63,994 nt of DNA, filler included, from Fonticula-like sp. SCN 57-25 (GCA_001724245.1; 7 parts of 7 records of this genome joined end to end with filler, not necessarily neighbours in it); one strand, 5' to 3'. Numbered from the whole stretch's first letter, positions 10,511 through 22,880 are shown. Numbers and translations: made by a program. Notes: generated by a model not told the origin, from the letters alone.

Positions 10511-13054
10511 ATGGACAAGATTGAAAAGATCTTTAACTCGAGCCACAAGCTGAAGGACCTTGTCCGCAGCGTGCGCGCTTGCAAGGTGCGCTTGCTCTTT
10601 CGGGCTCGCGGTTCTGTTTATTCACGCGTTTTTTTTTCGTAGACTGCGGCCGAGGAACGTGATGTTATTGCCAAAGAGTCGGCCCTGATTCGTACACAGT
10701 TCAAGGAGGAGAACCAGGATTACCGTCACCGCAATGTGGCCAAGCTGCTGTACATTCACATGCTGGGCTACCCCGCGCAGTGGGGTCAGATCGAGTGCGT
10801 GAAGCTTGTTGCGTCGCCGCGCTTTGCCGACAAGCGCCTCGGCTACCTCGGCATCATGCTGCTGCTCGATGAGAGCCAGGAGCTCCTCACGCTCGTCATC
10901 AACTCGCTCAAGAACGACCTGAACCACACGAATGTGTACGTGAACGGCCTTGCTCTCTCGACGCTCGGCAACATTTCTTCCACCGAGATGGCGCGCGATC
11001 TCGTGCCCGAGGTCGAGAAGCTGCTCGGCAACCCGAGCGCGTACGTCCGCAAGAAGGCCGCCCTCTGCGCCGTCAAGATCATCAACAAGGTGCCTGATCT
11101 TTTGGAGAACTTTATCACGCGCGCCAAGGGCCTCCTCCAGGAGAAGAACCACGCCGTGATGCTCACCGGCATCACGCTCATCACTGAGCTGTGCGTCCTG
11201 AGCCAGGATGCCGCGAATGAGTTCCGCCCGCACCTCCCTCAGGTGATCCGCGTGCTCCGCTCCCTTCTCGTGTCGGGCAACTCGCCCGAGCACGACGTCG
11301 GCGGCATCTCGGACCCCTTCCTCCAAGTGAAGCTGCTTCGCCTGCTTCGCGTGCTCGGCAAGGGCGACGCCCACGGCAGCGAGCTCATGGGCGACGTGCT
11401 TGCTCAGATTGCGACCAACACGGACGGCAGCAAGAACGTTGGCAACTCGATTCTGTACGAGTCGGTGCGCACGATCATGAACATTGAGGCGGACAGCGCG
11501 CTGCGCGTGATGGCCGTCAACATTCTCGGTCGCTTCCTGACCAACAAGGACAACAACATTCGCTACGTTGCGCTCAACACGCTCCTCGCGACTGTCTCGA
11601 TGGACGCCAACGCCGTCCAGCGCCACCGCAAGACGATTGTCGAGTGCCTCGCCGACACTGACATTTCTATCCGCCGCCGCGCGCTTGAGCTCTCCTTTAC
11701 GCTCATCAACGAGGGCAATGTCCGCGTGCTCGTCCGCGAGCTGCTGACGTTCCTCGAAAAGGCCGACCGCGAGTTCCGCTCGCGGATAGCCACCGAGATC
11801 AGCCTCGCCGCCGAGCAGTACGCGCCCAACAAGCGGTGGCACCTCGACACGATCCTGCGCGTGCTGCGCCTCGCCGGCAACTTTGTCTCGGAGAATATCC
11901 TTTCTGATTTTATTCGTCTCATCTCTTCGACGCCCGAGCTGCACGGCTACGCTGTCCTCAAGCTGTACACGTCGCTCCGGGAGGACGCCTCGCAAGAGTC
12001 GCTCATCCTCGCGGGCGTGTGGACAATCGGCGAGTTTGGCGACATTCTCGTCCGCAACGAGGTCGTCGACGCCGACTCTGAGGAGCAGATCCGCGTCGAC
12101 GAAAAGGAAGTCATTGAGCTGCTCGAGTCGCTCCTGCGCTCGCACTCTGTCAACACGGTCACGCGCGAGTACATTATCAACGCGCTGCTCAAGCTGAGCG
12201 CGCGCTTCTCGCAGGCGCAGGACCACATCCGCGCCCTCATTGCCCAGTTCAACCGCAGCGTCGTCACCGAGCTCCAGCAGCGCTCGGTCGAGTACGTTGC
12301 GCTTTTCGGCCTCCCGAGCATCCGCAACGCTCTCCTCGAGCGCATGCCCGCCGCAGAGGCAAAGAGCATTTCGCGCATCTCGAGCGCAGAGGGCGGCGCC
12401 GCCGCGCCCGCGCCGTCGATGACCTCGCCGTCGATGCCCGCCGTGCAGCAGTCGCACGCCGCCGCGTCCAGCTACAACGACGACCTGCTCGGCGGCCTCG
12501 GCGGACCCGCCGCCGCCGCGCCGTCCATGTCGTCGGGCCGCCCCGTTGACGACCTGCTGTCGCTCATGGACGACCTTCCGGCGGCGAGCGCGCCCGCCGC
12601 GTCGCGCGCGCCCGCCGCCGCCGCGCAGGCCAACTTTATGGACGACCTTCTCGGCGGCCTCGGCGGGCCGAGCGTCGCCTCTGCCCCCGCCCCCGCGCCG
12701 GCCGCCGCGCCCGCGCCCACCGCCGCGTACGACAAGAACGGCCTCCGCATCCAGTACAAGAGCCAGATCGACGCGAGCAACCCGCTCATCCTCAACGTGC
12801 AGGTGCTGTTTTCGAATACGTCGCCGCAGCCGCTGTCGGGTCTTAATTTCCAGGCGGCCGTGCCAAAGTCGCAGCAGATTCAGCTGCAGCCGCTCGCCAA
12901 CAACAATGTCGCTGCGGGTGCCAACACGACGCAAACGTTCCGCGTGTTCAACCCGACCAAGGCGCCGGTGCGCGTGCGCGTCAAGCTCAATTACGCGGTC
13001 GGGCAGCAGCCGTTCGAGGACATGACCGAGTTTGGCGACTTTCCCGCAATGTAG
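10511..13054 (+). CDS. AP1G1: AP-1 complex gamma subunit (intron 10586-10642)
   Basis: LKDLVRSVRACKTAAEER, NVAKLLYIHMLGYP, DPFLQVKLL, ELQQRSVEY, ear domain AYDKNGL / FQAAVPKSQQIQLQP. Confidence 0.97.
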
Positions 13055-13466
13055 AAACTGATTCGCCATGCTGCTTTTAGTGTCGTGCTTTCCTCTTTTG
13101 CTTTTGTGTTTGCTTTTCTTTTCTATTTTGGCCGCCACAGCCGCGCACTGTGCATCGATGCAAACCCCAATACATGCGTCATGAAATTTTTTGAAAGTGA
13201 AACAAGTAAAAGTGTGTATGGCACATGAGCATCATTGCATAGAGTGACACAATGTTGATGTTATAAAGAGAGAAATTATAGTATTTTAAGACTGAAAGTG
13301 ACCATTACACTATTGATAATGTGGTTCAAGCACAGTATTGAATAGGAAGATGTCATGGTTTACGATGATAATTTTGTTCCTATCATCGATAATATCACGT
13401 ATAATCGTCCAATAACCTGTTAAAAGAGCATAAAAGTGCATTAAATGTGTTTATACAATCATTAAA

Positions 13467-13778
13467 TTATCGTCTTCTCGGCGGCGACCTTGAATATCTC
13501 CTGCTGTGCCTCGGCGGCGTCCTCGACCTCCGCCTCGACGAACGATCCCTCGACCTGCTCCTTGACCGCCTCCTCGGCGGCGACCGCGAGCGCCTCCTAT
13601 ACGACGGCGAGCGGCTTCTGGAGCGCCTACGTGGCGACGAGCGGCTTCTTGAACGCCTGCGTGGCGGCGAGCGGCTTCTGGAACGCGCTTTCCGGGGCGG
13701 CGAAGCGTCGGGACGCATCGATGGAACGCCGACGGAAAATGTCGGCGGCTGTTCTTCTTCCTGCTGCTGCACAGGCTC

Positions 13779-13809
<31 letters not shown>

Positions 13810-14583
13810 GGTTGCTCTGTGTCTTCTGGTTGACCTAGCGCTGCCGCCGCCGCCGCCTTTTTCTCCTTTTTGATCATCTTGAGCAGCTTCTTGTCCATCT
13901 TCTCCTGCTTTCTGATCCGCTTCATCTCCTTCTTTTCAAAGTACGCCGCCATGGGGTCGACAACAGAGTCGAGCGCGGCGGCAGACGACACGGGCTGCTT
14001 TGCCTGCGATGGCGGCGCGCCGCCGACGGCCGATCGGAGCCCGAGCTCGGATGCGTTGCGCTGCATGTCGCGCGGATCAAAAGAGAGCGCGCGCGCCTTG
14101 GCCTGTTCCGCCTCAAAATCAAACTCGTCGCCGTCCTTCTTCTCCTTGTGCTTGTAATCCTGCACGTGGTCGACGCGAAGCACGCGGCCGAGCACCTTGG
14201 CGCCATTGAGATTGTCCACGGCGAGCGTCGTCGAGCGCTGATCCTCGTACGCGAGAAAGGCAAAGCCGCGCGACTTGCCAGTGTCCTTGTCGCGCACAAG
14301 ATTAATGTCGCTAATTTCGCCATATCTGAACAACAGTTAGCGAGCAGCATATCAAAAGTGAAAGAGGGCGCACTGCGAAAAGATGGTGATGAGATCGCCC
14401 TCGGTCAGGTCGAAAGGGAATCCGCCAGCAAAGACGTACGCGCTGCCCTTGTACTGATCGTGCCACGAGGCAGAGGAGCCGATCCCGCGGGAGGCCTCGC
14501 GGTCATTGATCCGCTGGATCTCCTTGACGACACTGAGAGCGGTGAGTGACAGAGAGAGGCACGGCCATGCGCGCGTACTTCAT
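13467..14583 (-). CDS. RBMX2: RES complex RRM protein RBMX2/Ist3/Snu17 with RS-rich tail, 3 exons
   Basis: [63 protein letters not shown]. Confidence 0.95.
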
Positions 14584-14735
14584 CGCCGAAACCGCCTCGC
14601 AAGGGGAGCACAGCGAGGGGACGAATCACGATCCCCCCAGATTTTGGCAATGTTTTTGTATTTGATGGGGGGATCGTATTTGGGTACACCCGGTCGAGTC
14701 GTGCTGACGCATCGCATTCGTGCCCGACAGTCGCC

Positions 14736-15216
14736 ATGGCGTACATTGACGCAAACGGTGCGACTAGCAATGCTGGTTGCCCCGCTTTCTAACAGTTTTC
14801 CCGCTTCAATTAGGTGTTATGCGCGAGGGCAAGCAGACGAGCTTTTCGCCGCGAGGCCTTCTCGCCCTGCTTTTCGCCTTCTTGAACGGCATCGTTCACT
14901 TGTACGTCGTTTGTTGTTGTTGCTCGATGGCATCGCTCACGCCTCCCCAGCTTCCAGACAATGAACCCGTTTGCGACGCCCGCGAACCAGTCGCGCATTC
15001 ACGGCCCGTCCGGTTCGTCGTCGGGGAGCGGCGGCGGCAGCGGCGGCAAGCGCGACGGACAGTACTCGCGCACGATCGGCCGCGGCATGGGCGGTGGCTC
15101 CATCAACCAGTGTACGCATGAGTCTCTTTTTCCTTTCCCTTTCTCACCTCTTAATAACAGTCCGGCCACCGCCGCCGCCGCCCGGCTCGTGCCCCGGCGG
15201 CCAGTGCTCCATGTAG
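14736..15216 (+). CDS. Selenoprotein K (SelK/SelG family) homolog, Cys form, 4 exons
   Basis: Spliced product MAYIDANGVMREG..[TM LLALLFAFLNGIVHFFQTM]..Gly-rich..RTIGRG..PPPPPPGSCPGGQCSM*; matches SelK layout. Confidence 0.75.
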
Positions 15217-15368
15217 TCGCATCTTGTATTAGTTTCAATACCTCATTTGGCCTCTTTCGCATTTGCACTCATCGTCAGCAAGTTGATAATACTGGTTTAT
15301 ATATTGTATGGTACACAAGAGAATGCCGCAAAGGACGCGAAAAGAGACGAAAACAAAGAAAAAACCTT

Positions 15369-17348
15369 TCAAAGGCTCATCATCGCGAGCATGCTGACCA
15401 CCGATTCGTCGCTGACGAGATCCGCAAAAACCTCATCCCTCACGAGATCCCCAACACTCTTATAGTCCAGCACGCGGTCCATAAACCCCCGCAGGTTCTT
15501 CTTCTCCTTTCTCCTCGCCGCCTGCGCCTCCTTCTTGCCGTCCGTCGGCGTCGTCTTGTTCTGCGCCGACGCCGTCCGCTCGCCGAGCACCTTGGCGCTG
15601 TTCGCCTTGCCGGGCTTGTCGCTGTACTTGACCTCTTCGAGGATCTTGTCGACCAAGTAGTGAATCCAGAAAATGTTTGTGCGCGGAAAGTGCGACGACC
15701 AGTCGCCGCCCGTTTCGGTGCGCATCTTGCGGTAGATCTCGAATTGGTAGTCGCCTTGGCCGGTAAAGTAGCCTTCATCCAGGAGAGGAACAGACAAGAG
15801 CTCGTCATCTAAAAAGACGTTAAAATCATGAAAAAATGGCGTAGAGTAAAGTAAAAATGCGAAAAATACATAAAAAAGCACAGAAAACAACCAAAAAGTG
15901 CACAAAAATGACACAAAAACAGCACGAAAAAATTACACAAACACCAAAATATTACGTACTCTTTTCCATGCGAGACAGAGTATAGTCAATAATGGTCGCC
16001 TGAATACCGTGCGTGCGCGCCGTCACCAGCCGCCCCTCAACAAGGAACGTAAGCTCAGCTACCGTCGTCGGCTTGACAAGAATATTTCCCCAGTGCAAGT
16101 CGCGGTGCTCAAAGCGAAGCGAATTCTCAACAGAAGCAAGCGAAAGACACACTTGGAAAAGCGCGCTTTTCGCCTGCGCAAAGCTGTCAATTGTCGCGTG
16201 CTCGAGGTCTGTGCCGCCGTGCGCGAGAATAAGCACAGCGTACAGCTGCTCATCCTCGAAAAAGTCTATTTTTTCATGTCAGAAATGCGTTTTTTATGTT
16301 TTTCCCGCGCACCTGGCCGGTCGTTTTCCGACTCTTTCCGATCGGCGTAGTCGTCCCACTCTTGCAGCAGCTTTGGCGAGTACGGCCCGCGGCACACCCC
16401 CACGCGCAGCGCCTCAATAAAGCTGTTTTGAATCTCGCGCCCCATCTGCGCCGTGTCGTCCTGCTCGACAATGGAGCTCACTGACGCCGCCTTTGGCGCG
16501 TCCGACGCGCGCTTGCTGAGCAGCAGCGTGATGCGCATTTCCTGGTAAATGTCGCGCAGCGGCGTCTGGTCCGAGCCGTTAATTGCCTGCGACCCGCCGA
16601 AAGGAATAATTTTGATGGCGACGTCGCGGCGCTCGTAGCTCGCCTTGAACACTTCGGCGAATGTGCTCTCGCCAATCTTGCGGCACGTCTTGAGGCAGCG
16701 CTTGCCGATCAGCTGGTCCATGGTCGGAACGCTCGGCTGCTCGCACAGCTCGAGAAGATCGTCGAGAGAAAGGTCCGTGCGCGACGACGCTTGCTTCTTG
16801 GGCTTGGGCGCCATGCTCTTGCGCGAGGCGGCGGGCGTCATCAGGCGGCCGATCAGGGCCTCGAGCTCGGGGATCGGCGCGGCCTGGACACCGCGCTCGG
16901 TTGCGGGGCTCTGCAGATCAAGCGCAATAAGAAGCTTGCTTGGCGTCTCGATAATGTCCTGCTGCTCGTCGTCGCACGGCGCGGGCGTCGACACGTCGCG
17001 CTCGGCATCGGCCACGGAATCGCTGCTGACCAGCGGCGCAATCGGCGCGGCATCCTCCTCGGCGGCGGCAGCCGCGGGCGACCGGCGAACCGGCGTCATA
17101 GGCGACATTGGCGCCGCCTTATCCGCCGCCGACTTGCGCGAGCTCAGCGGCGTCACAAACTTGCGCGCCATGCGCATCAGCGTCTCCTCAACAGAAAAGC
17201 TCTTGGCACTGAACGGCCGCTCGGGGATCGAGGCGGACCCGTCGTCGATCGTCTTGATGTTTCCAAAGCCATGGGGGTCGAGCGCAACGCGCGCGCCCTT
17301 GCGGCCGTACGTCACAATCGTGCGGCTGATCCCGGAAATGAACCCCAT
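15369..17348 (-). CDS. HASPIN: Haspin atypical kinase (histone H3T3 kinase), multi-exon
   Basis: KIGESTFAEVF, FEHRDLHWGNILV, IIDYTLSR, FTGQGDYQFEIYRKM, TNIFWIHYL. Confidence 0.95.
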
Positions 17349-17512
17349 CGCGACAGCTGGTGGGTGATGATGCACTGGACGCGTCAACCGCAAAACTGAT
17401 TTTTTGAAATTTCCGTAACGGCCAAACGACAAAATTGAAAATTTGACAGATTGAATTGACCAATCACAGGACAGTTCTTGTTTTGTGTCAAAACAGTGAA
17501 AGATCTGGCAAG

Positions 17513-18295
17513 ATGGCGGACGAGGCGGGTGATGCAAAGTTTATGGCAGAGTATGCCAAGGTACACCGCAAAAAAATGTTATTTCTGTGTTTCTTTAACT
17601 CTATTTCGCATAATAGTCTGGCCGCGCTTCGTGCCACGGCTGCAAGTCCAACATTGGCCAAGGCTCGCTCCGCATTGCAACGATGGTCCGCTCGCGCCAC
17701 TTTGATGGCTTCCAGCCCAACTGGTTCCACGCCCGCTGCTTCTGGCAAAAACCTCGCGGCCTCGTCTCCACCAACGACATCAAGGGCCTCTCCTCTCTCA
17801 AGTGGGACGACCAAGAGTCGATCCGCGAAAAGATCATGAGCACCATCGCACCTGCTGCTGGTGGCGCCACCGGCAATGACGACACGCTGAGCATCGACAG
17901 TGCGTTTTTCCTTCCTTTTCTTATCATTTTTCTCACAAATAACTCGCACAGACTTTATGGCCGAGTACGCCAAATCCGGCCGCTCAAAGTGCCGCGAATG
18001 CGCCGAGCCCATCACCAACGGCTCCCCCCGCCTCGGCTTCAAGGATCCCGACGATTTCAACATGGCCCGCTGGCATCACATCGACTGCTTCTTCAAGAAG
18101 CGCTCCGCCGCCGACATCAACCAATTCGCTGGCATTTCCGCCTTTTCCGCCGACGACAAGCAGCGCGTCCAGGATCATCTTCCCAAAGCAGGATCATCTG
18201 CCTCATCGTCCAAGCGCAAGCCCGATGCCGATGCCGATGCCGATGCCGCCGCCATCCCCAAGCGCGCTCGCGGCAAAAAACCCGCCGCCGCCGCC
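17513..18295 (+). CDS. PARP1-like protein, N-terminal two zf-PARP fingers (3' truncated)
   Basis: EYAKSGRASCHGC..MVRSRHFDG..WFHARCF and EYAKSGRSKCREC..WHHIDCF. Catalytic domain not in window. Confidence 0.8.
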
Positions 18296-18395
18296 NNNNN
18301 NNNNNNNNNNNNNNNNNNNNNNNNNNNNNNNNNNNNNNNTTAATTAATTAANNNNNNNNNNNNNNNNNNNNNNNNNNNNNNNNNNNNNNNNNNNN
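18296..18395. other. Artificial contig spacer
   Basis: N44-TTAATTAATTAA-N44. Confidence 0.98.
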
Positions 18396-19146
18396 ACTGT
18401 CAGACTCGATCATGTTGATGACACCCGTGTCCTTTAGCAACATTACGCGGTCAGCCGCATACTTGTGGCTTGTCAGCCCACGTCGCTTCATCGACTTTAG
18501 CTTGCGCTGCGTCGCCACAATAACCGCATCGGTGCAAATGATAAGGCAGACCATCTGCAGCGGCTCGAACGTGCCCGGCGCGAGCTCGCTCACTTCAAAC
18601 GCGCGCACGAAAGATCGCTCGGGTGAATCAAACTCGGCCGTCAGATTGTCCACGAGCGTCGAGATCGACTTCCATTTCTCGCGTCGCGCTTCTTCAATAG
18701 CTTGTGGCGTCGCGTCGGTCTCGACGAGGGTCGCGCCTGCGCTCTTTGAGAGCTCAGAGAGCGAGGCGGAAAAGAGCTGCATGCGCGTGCGGAGGACGCC
18801 GACCTCGTTCTCGAGCTCGCCAATGTCGCTCGTGCTCTGAATAAATTCTTGGTAGTGGCCGTAGACGTTTTGCTGTAGGGCGGCAGCGGCCTTGTCGCGC
18901 TGAATGGAAAGGACGACGAGCTGCTCGCGGATCGTCTCTTCTGTCGCGCCTTGCAGCAATCCCTGGACCACTGCGCGGGATCAGCCGAGGACAAGATTAT
19001 TAAAGATGCGTACAGGCCTTGCGGTCCAATCCGGGCGTGGCAAATGCCTCGTCAAACTTGCTGCCCTGAACAGAAAACGCGTCTGGAGCAGCGCCAGAAG
19101 AAGAGCCGCTGTGCGACGACGAGGCGTCGCGACCGAGCCTTCGCAT
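18396..19146 (-). CDS. EXO84: Exocyst subunit Exo84/EXOC8, N-terminal part (3' truncated)
   Basis: LQQNVYGHYQEFIQSTSDIGELENEV (Vps51-like N-terminal coil) followed by PH-like CLIICTDAVIVA. Confidence 0.82.
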
Positions 19147-19182
19147 ACCGGGCGCCCAATCTAGCAAACACCGCCGGGCCTA

Positions 19183-20166
19183 ATGATGAGTCAGCGTTCG
19201 GACCGTCAGCGTTTGCGCGACATGCGCCGAACGCGGCCGATGCGCATGCCGTTTTGGGCAAAGCAAAGCACTGTGCATGTTCCCAAGACCAAGTTTTCTG
19301 CACTGTGTGTCTGTGGCGAGCCGCTTTGGAAGTCGAGTTTGGGGGTGCTGGCATCCCGCGTCAATCTGTGCGGATCTCTCGCGGGTCTACCGACCAAACT
19401 TTTGTGCATGCTGTGGGATCTGCTCTGCGATGACGCGCACTCTGCCACGGTAGGCTGGTGCACAATCTCGCTCTTTGCGTCAGCTTCGGCGGGGCAACTT
19501 GGCGTGGCGCTCAGGCTCGACGGGTGGTCGCTTCCTACCGACTGGTCTACTCATTTAAAATCAAACATTTCGTGGCTCGCGTCGCTGTCCCTGGAAGACT
19601 GCCGCCTAGACAACAACGTCGCAACCGAGCTTTTGCGCCTTACTACGCTAAAAACGCTTAGCCTACGTCGGAATCCCAACCTTGACAATACTTTTGTGCG
19701 GCTACTGACACTTCCAAGGCGGGTCGACCCGCAGACCGAGCGCTGCCTGTCCAAGCTCGTCTCACTGGACGTGTCCGAGACAGGCATCTCACCAGACGCA
19801 CTTCGGCTACTCCACACGCTACCCATGCTTACATGGGTATGTATTTCAGGCCGGCATTCCCAAGGTCCGCTTTCAACTGTCGTCGACGCGCCTGTGGCGC
19901 AAAATGAGCCGGTCCAGCCGTGGGACATGTCGGATGCTGTAGCGAGGCTGCTCGAAGCCAAACCTGCCCGACTTCAATTTGGCGGTCTGACACAGCCGAA
20001 AGCGCGCGCAAAAGATACGTGGTTTAAACTTGAGCCGCGGGGCAGCAGCGCTGTTGTGGGTCAAAAGAAAAAGGCCAAACCAAATGTAGTTGACAAGGGC
20101 GCTGAGCTCATTGATTCGATATTTGGGCCACCGCCGGCAAAGCGGCACGCACCCTCTATACTATAA
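19183..20166 (+). CDS. Leucine-rich repeat protein of unknown function
   Basis: LASLSLEDCRL, LKTLSLRRNPNL, LVSLDVSETGIS repeats; basic C-terminus; start uncertain. Confidence 0.6.
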   Translation: MMSQRSDRQRLRDMRRTRPMRMPFWAKQSTVHVPKTKFSALCVCGEPLWKSSLGVLASRVNLCGSLAGLPTKLLCMLWDLLCDDAHSATVGWCTISLFASASAGQLGVALRLDGWSLPTDWSTHLKSNISWLASLSLEDCRLDNNVATELLRLTTLKTLSLRRNPNLDNTFVRLLTLPRRVDPQTERCLSKLVSLDVSETGISPDALRLLHTLPMLTWVCISGRHSQGPLSTVVDAPVAQNEPVQPWDMSDAVARLLEAKPARLQFGGLTQPKARAKDTWFKLEPRGSSAVVGQKKKAKPNVVDKGAELIDSIFGPPPAKRHAPSIL

Positions 20167-20214
20167 TCAAACTAGATGTACATTATGTATAATACATGTA
20201 TAATACACGGTATA

Positions 20215-21878
20215 TTAACGGGTAATGTTGACCTCGATGTTTGAAATTGGGATGCCGAGGCCGTCCGCGATCGCTCGCCGGATCGCCTGCGGCTGAGCGC
20301 CCCACGCGCGGATAGTAACACTGAAGGGCACTGGCGGCGGCTTCCACAGCTAAACAAACCATAAGTAAGGTTGATATTGCAATATTGCTTGTCGTACCGC
20401 TGTGAGTGCCCCTAAAAGGTCCGCGTGCTCTGCCTTTGATGCCACGAGCACGCCAGCGCGCAGCATTCGCCCCCCTTGAAACGTCAAACTCCGACCGCCA
20501 ATGTCTGTCACGACGGCGCCAAGCTCCATAGCAATAATCGCGCCCGCTATAGACATATATGAGCAAATACATATCATAATTTATGCAATTTATTCGTACC
20601 GGCGCACTCCCAACTCCCAATTGGTGCGCTGTCGGTGTGGAGAACGAGCGCCGTGTCTTCTGCCAAAAAGTCGGCAAAACCGTGCCCGGCGTTGATCCAT
20701 CCCTGAACGGTCTCTTCCTGCTTCTTTGCCTCCTTTGACGTGGCAATGGCCGCCACGCCGCGCACAAATTCCTGTACCTCTGTCGACGTGCTCGCGGCGG
20801 CCGGCAGCTCGACGCTCGCGCCTTCATCGTCGAGAGCGAGTGCCTGCGCGCCGCCGCCCTTGTCGGCGACCACGAGGCGCTGGCGCGGCAGGTCGAGGAT
20901 GCAGCCGAGTACGGGAAGGCCCGTCTTGGACTCGACAAGGCCGAGGTGAAGTGCCCAGCGGCTGCTCAGGGGCCACAGCGTCCAGTAGTGCTCGCAGTCG
21001 CCGCCGTCGTACGAGGCGTACCCGATCTTGTCGAGCACGTCGTCGTCGCTGAGGTCGGGCAAGTGGCGACGGCACTGCGAAAGAACTTGCTTGCGTAGGG
21101 GTGCGCGGGCATCGCCGCCAAGGGCGAGGGAACCGGCTTTCGCAAGCATCGGAAAGGCGGGGTAGCGTTGCGCAAGGTGGTGCGTCACGACTGCCTGGAT
21201 GACGTACTCGAGGTAGGCGGGTGGCTCGCCGCCGCTCGCGGCAACAAGCGCTTCCTGTATCCACCCACTCTGCTGGCGAAGCACGTCGACCACGCTCAGG
21301 CGGATGTGGTGCAGCGGCGACAGCGAGATTTCCTTTTCCACGGCCACCTTGCGGAACTGTGCGAAAAAGTCGTCCATGTCACTTGTAACCGCGGCATCGG
21401 GGGCAGCCTCTGTTGGGTTAGCGTCTTCAGCCGGCTTTAAGTCTACATCTTCAGCGGGCTTGGCGCGCTCTGCTACGAGCGCGGCAAGCTCGGCCATGAC
21501 CTCGTTCACCTTGTCTGTGTCGGGGTGATCCTCCACCTCATCGCCGTCGTCCTCGTCCCCAAACACAAAGCCGTCCGAAACCGCAATGTCAAACACGCGC
21601 GAAATATAGTTGCGCCAAAATACAGCCTCCTTGGTTCGAGCGGGCACCAGGCGGTGCCTGACTTGATCCAGCGTGCGATCGACCTTTAAAAGGGTCATGG
21701 CGAGCGGCACGTACGCTGGCGAGTCCAGGCGGAAATTGTAAATCGTCTCTGGCGGCACGAGAAAATGCTTTTCAGGTTCCTTTGACAAGGCGCAAATACG
21801 AGTCACAGCATCTTCCCGGTGAGCTACTATGCGATCAATGTACCTGCGCAGCTGCACGAGGACATCGTCCGAGCTCAT
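20215..21878 (-). CDS. BSD domain fused to degenerate HAL2/Met22-like bisphosphate nucleotidase domain, 3 exons
   Basis: BSD: LDQVRHRLVPARTKEAVFWRNY; IMPase-fold landmarks EYVIQAVV, YWTLWPL, WECAAGAIIAMELGAVVTDIGGRSLTF. Confidence 0.75.
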
Positions 21879-22373
21879 CTTCCGACCGGAGCCAACTTTT
21901 GCGCGGCAAAGCTCGAAGTTCAAAATTCAAAAAAAGTAACGACAATCTGGGGTGGAATCTGACACTCAAATCTGGGGTTGAATCCGATGCAAAAATAATC
22001 TGGGGTGGATTCCGAGTCCTGAAAAGGTCGCACCAGGACGCGACGTGCTCTCTCTCTCCCTCTACCTGTCCGTGGTTGTGTATCGCTGCTGTAGCCAGCT
22101 CACGCCTCGTTGAGGTACGCTATAGTGCCGCCGTGTGCACTGGAGTCGTTGGGGATGCAGTAGGAGGGTGTTCTGTGCGCGGAGTCGGAGGGATGCCGGA
22201 TGCTTTGCGCGGATGGGGATCCATCCCAAGCATCCATCCGCGGATGGGTGGATGTAGAGGACCCGCATCCGCGCTGCATCTGGCATCCGTACCTCTCTGT
22301 CGACTGTAACCGCTCGTTTTTGGGGCCCATCCTTTGTCGCAATTGACTCACTCGAATTGCTGTCCCTGTAGAA

Positions 22374-22880
22374 ATGGTGCGTATTAGCGTTTTGGGTGAT
22401 ACCCTCAAGAGCATCAACAATGCCGAGAAGAAGGGCAAGCGCCAGGTTCTGATCCGCCCTTCGTCCAAGGTCGTGATCAAGTTCCTCCAGGTCATGCAGA
22501 AGCACGGTTCGTCTTTTTCTTTTTGTGCCTTCTTTTTACTAATCATCTGCACGGCGATTAGGCTACATTGGTGAGTTCGAGGTTGTCGATGACCGCCGCG
22601 CCGGCAAGATTGTTGTCCAGCTCCTCGGCCGCGTCAACAAGTGCAGCGTTATCTCGCCCCGCTATGACTTGAAGGTGCGTTTTTGGCTTATTTGCCTTGC
22701 AACCTCGGCCTCTGACAATCGTATCGTTTGCAGAAGGACGACATGGAGTCGTGGATTTCGTACCTCCTCCCTTCGCGCCAGTTCGGCTACTTCGTGCTCA
22801 CTACCTCGGCTGGTATCATGGACCACGAGGAGGCTCACCGCAAGGGTGTCTCTGGCAAGATCCTTGGTTTCTTCTATTAG
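22374..22880 (+). CDS. RPS15A: 40S ribosomal protein S15a/S22 (uS8), 3 coding exons plus predicted 5'UTR intron 22115-22371
   Basis: [76 protein letters not shown]. Confidence 0.98.

Noticed and set aside
10622-13138. 838-aa antisense ORF over AP1G1
   Set aside because: Shadow frame from strong GC3 codon bias; no recognisable motifs. The same applies to 36675-37988 and 43783-44898.
13781-13808. (CTG)n tract and the poly-Cys ORF 13447-13833
   Set aside because: Antisense reading of the poly-Gln linker and RS domain of RBMX2.
15190-15360. Selenocysteine TGA and SECIS for the SelK-like gene
   Set aside because: The Sec-equivalent codon is TGC and the stop is TAG; no convincing SECIS seen.
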